In this document: piece by piece, positions 63,996-64,000 of the stretch | Layout: every line of letters begins with the position of its first letter | How positions within the stretch are numbered: the first letter of the stretch is position 1 | From: Octopus vulgaris | Taxonomy: Eukaryota | DNA: 64,000 nt | NCBI GenBank assembly: GCA_951406725.2 | Contig: OX597820.1 | Span: 13,392,001-13,456,000 of the forward strand | Direction: 5' to 3' | The notes under the pieces: model-generated | The model's database searches: none | Told to the model about the DNA's origin: nothing | What the model saw: the letters and a program-made list of their open reading frames with translations, nothing else | Made by a program: the position numbers and the translations under genes

Positions 63996-64000
63996 GGCTA

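Overview
This is a repeat-saturated eukaryotic intergenic or intronic window. The very high microsatellite load and the tRNA-derived SINE families suggest an Octopus-like cephalopod, but that is inference. No host gene is securely recognisable, and almost all listed ORFs are microsatellite artefacts. Real content: (1) at least four tRNA-derived SINE families, labelled A-D here; (2) two 5'-truncated, frameshifted L1/Tx1-clade ORF2 copies (reverse transcriptase plus zinc finger) and one RTE 3' fragment; (3) about eight divergent elements encoding only a Tx1-type ORF1 (RRM-like region plus VEGRxPxCX2CX4HX4C knuckle) with no ORF2 behind them, resembling HAL1; (4) short Penelope-like fragments in (TA)n tracts carrying minimal hammerhead ribozyme motifs, including non-canonical cores; (5) a few MITEs. 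Main observation: the ORF2 LINEs, several ORF1-only elements and one SINE-B subfamily (B2) share a ~40-nt 3' tail (gtcccctctatgtttagccccttgtgggcaataaagaaa). They repeatedly join at one hairpin in the SINE-B head and form head-to-tail chains, including a polarised array with a six-fold repeated target site at 39.1-40.6 kb. Coordinates were read by eye and diffuse boundaries are approximate.
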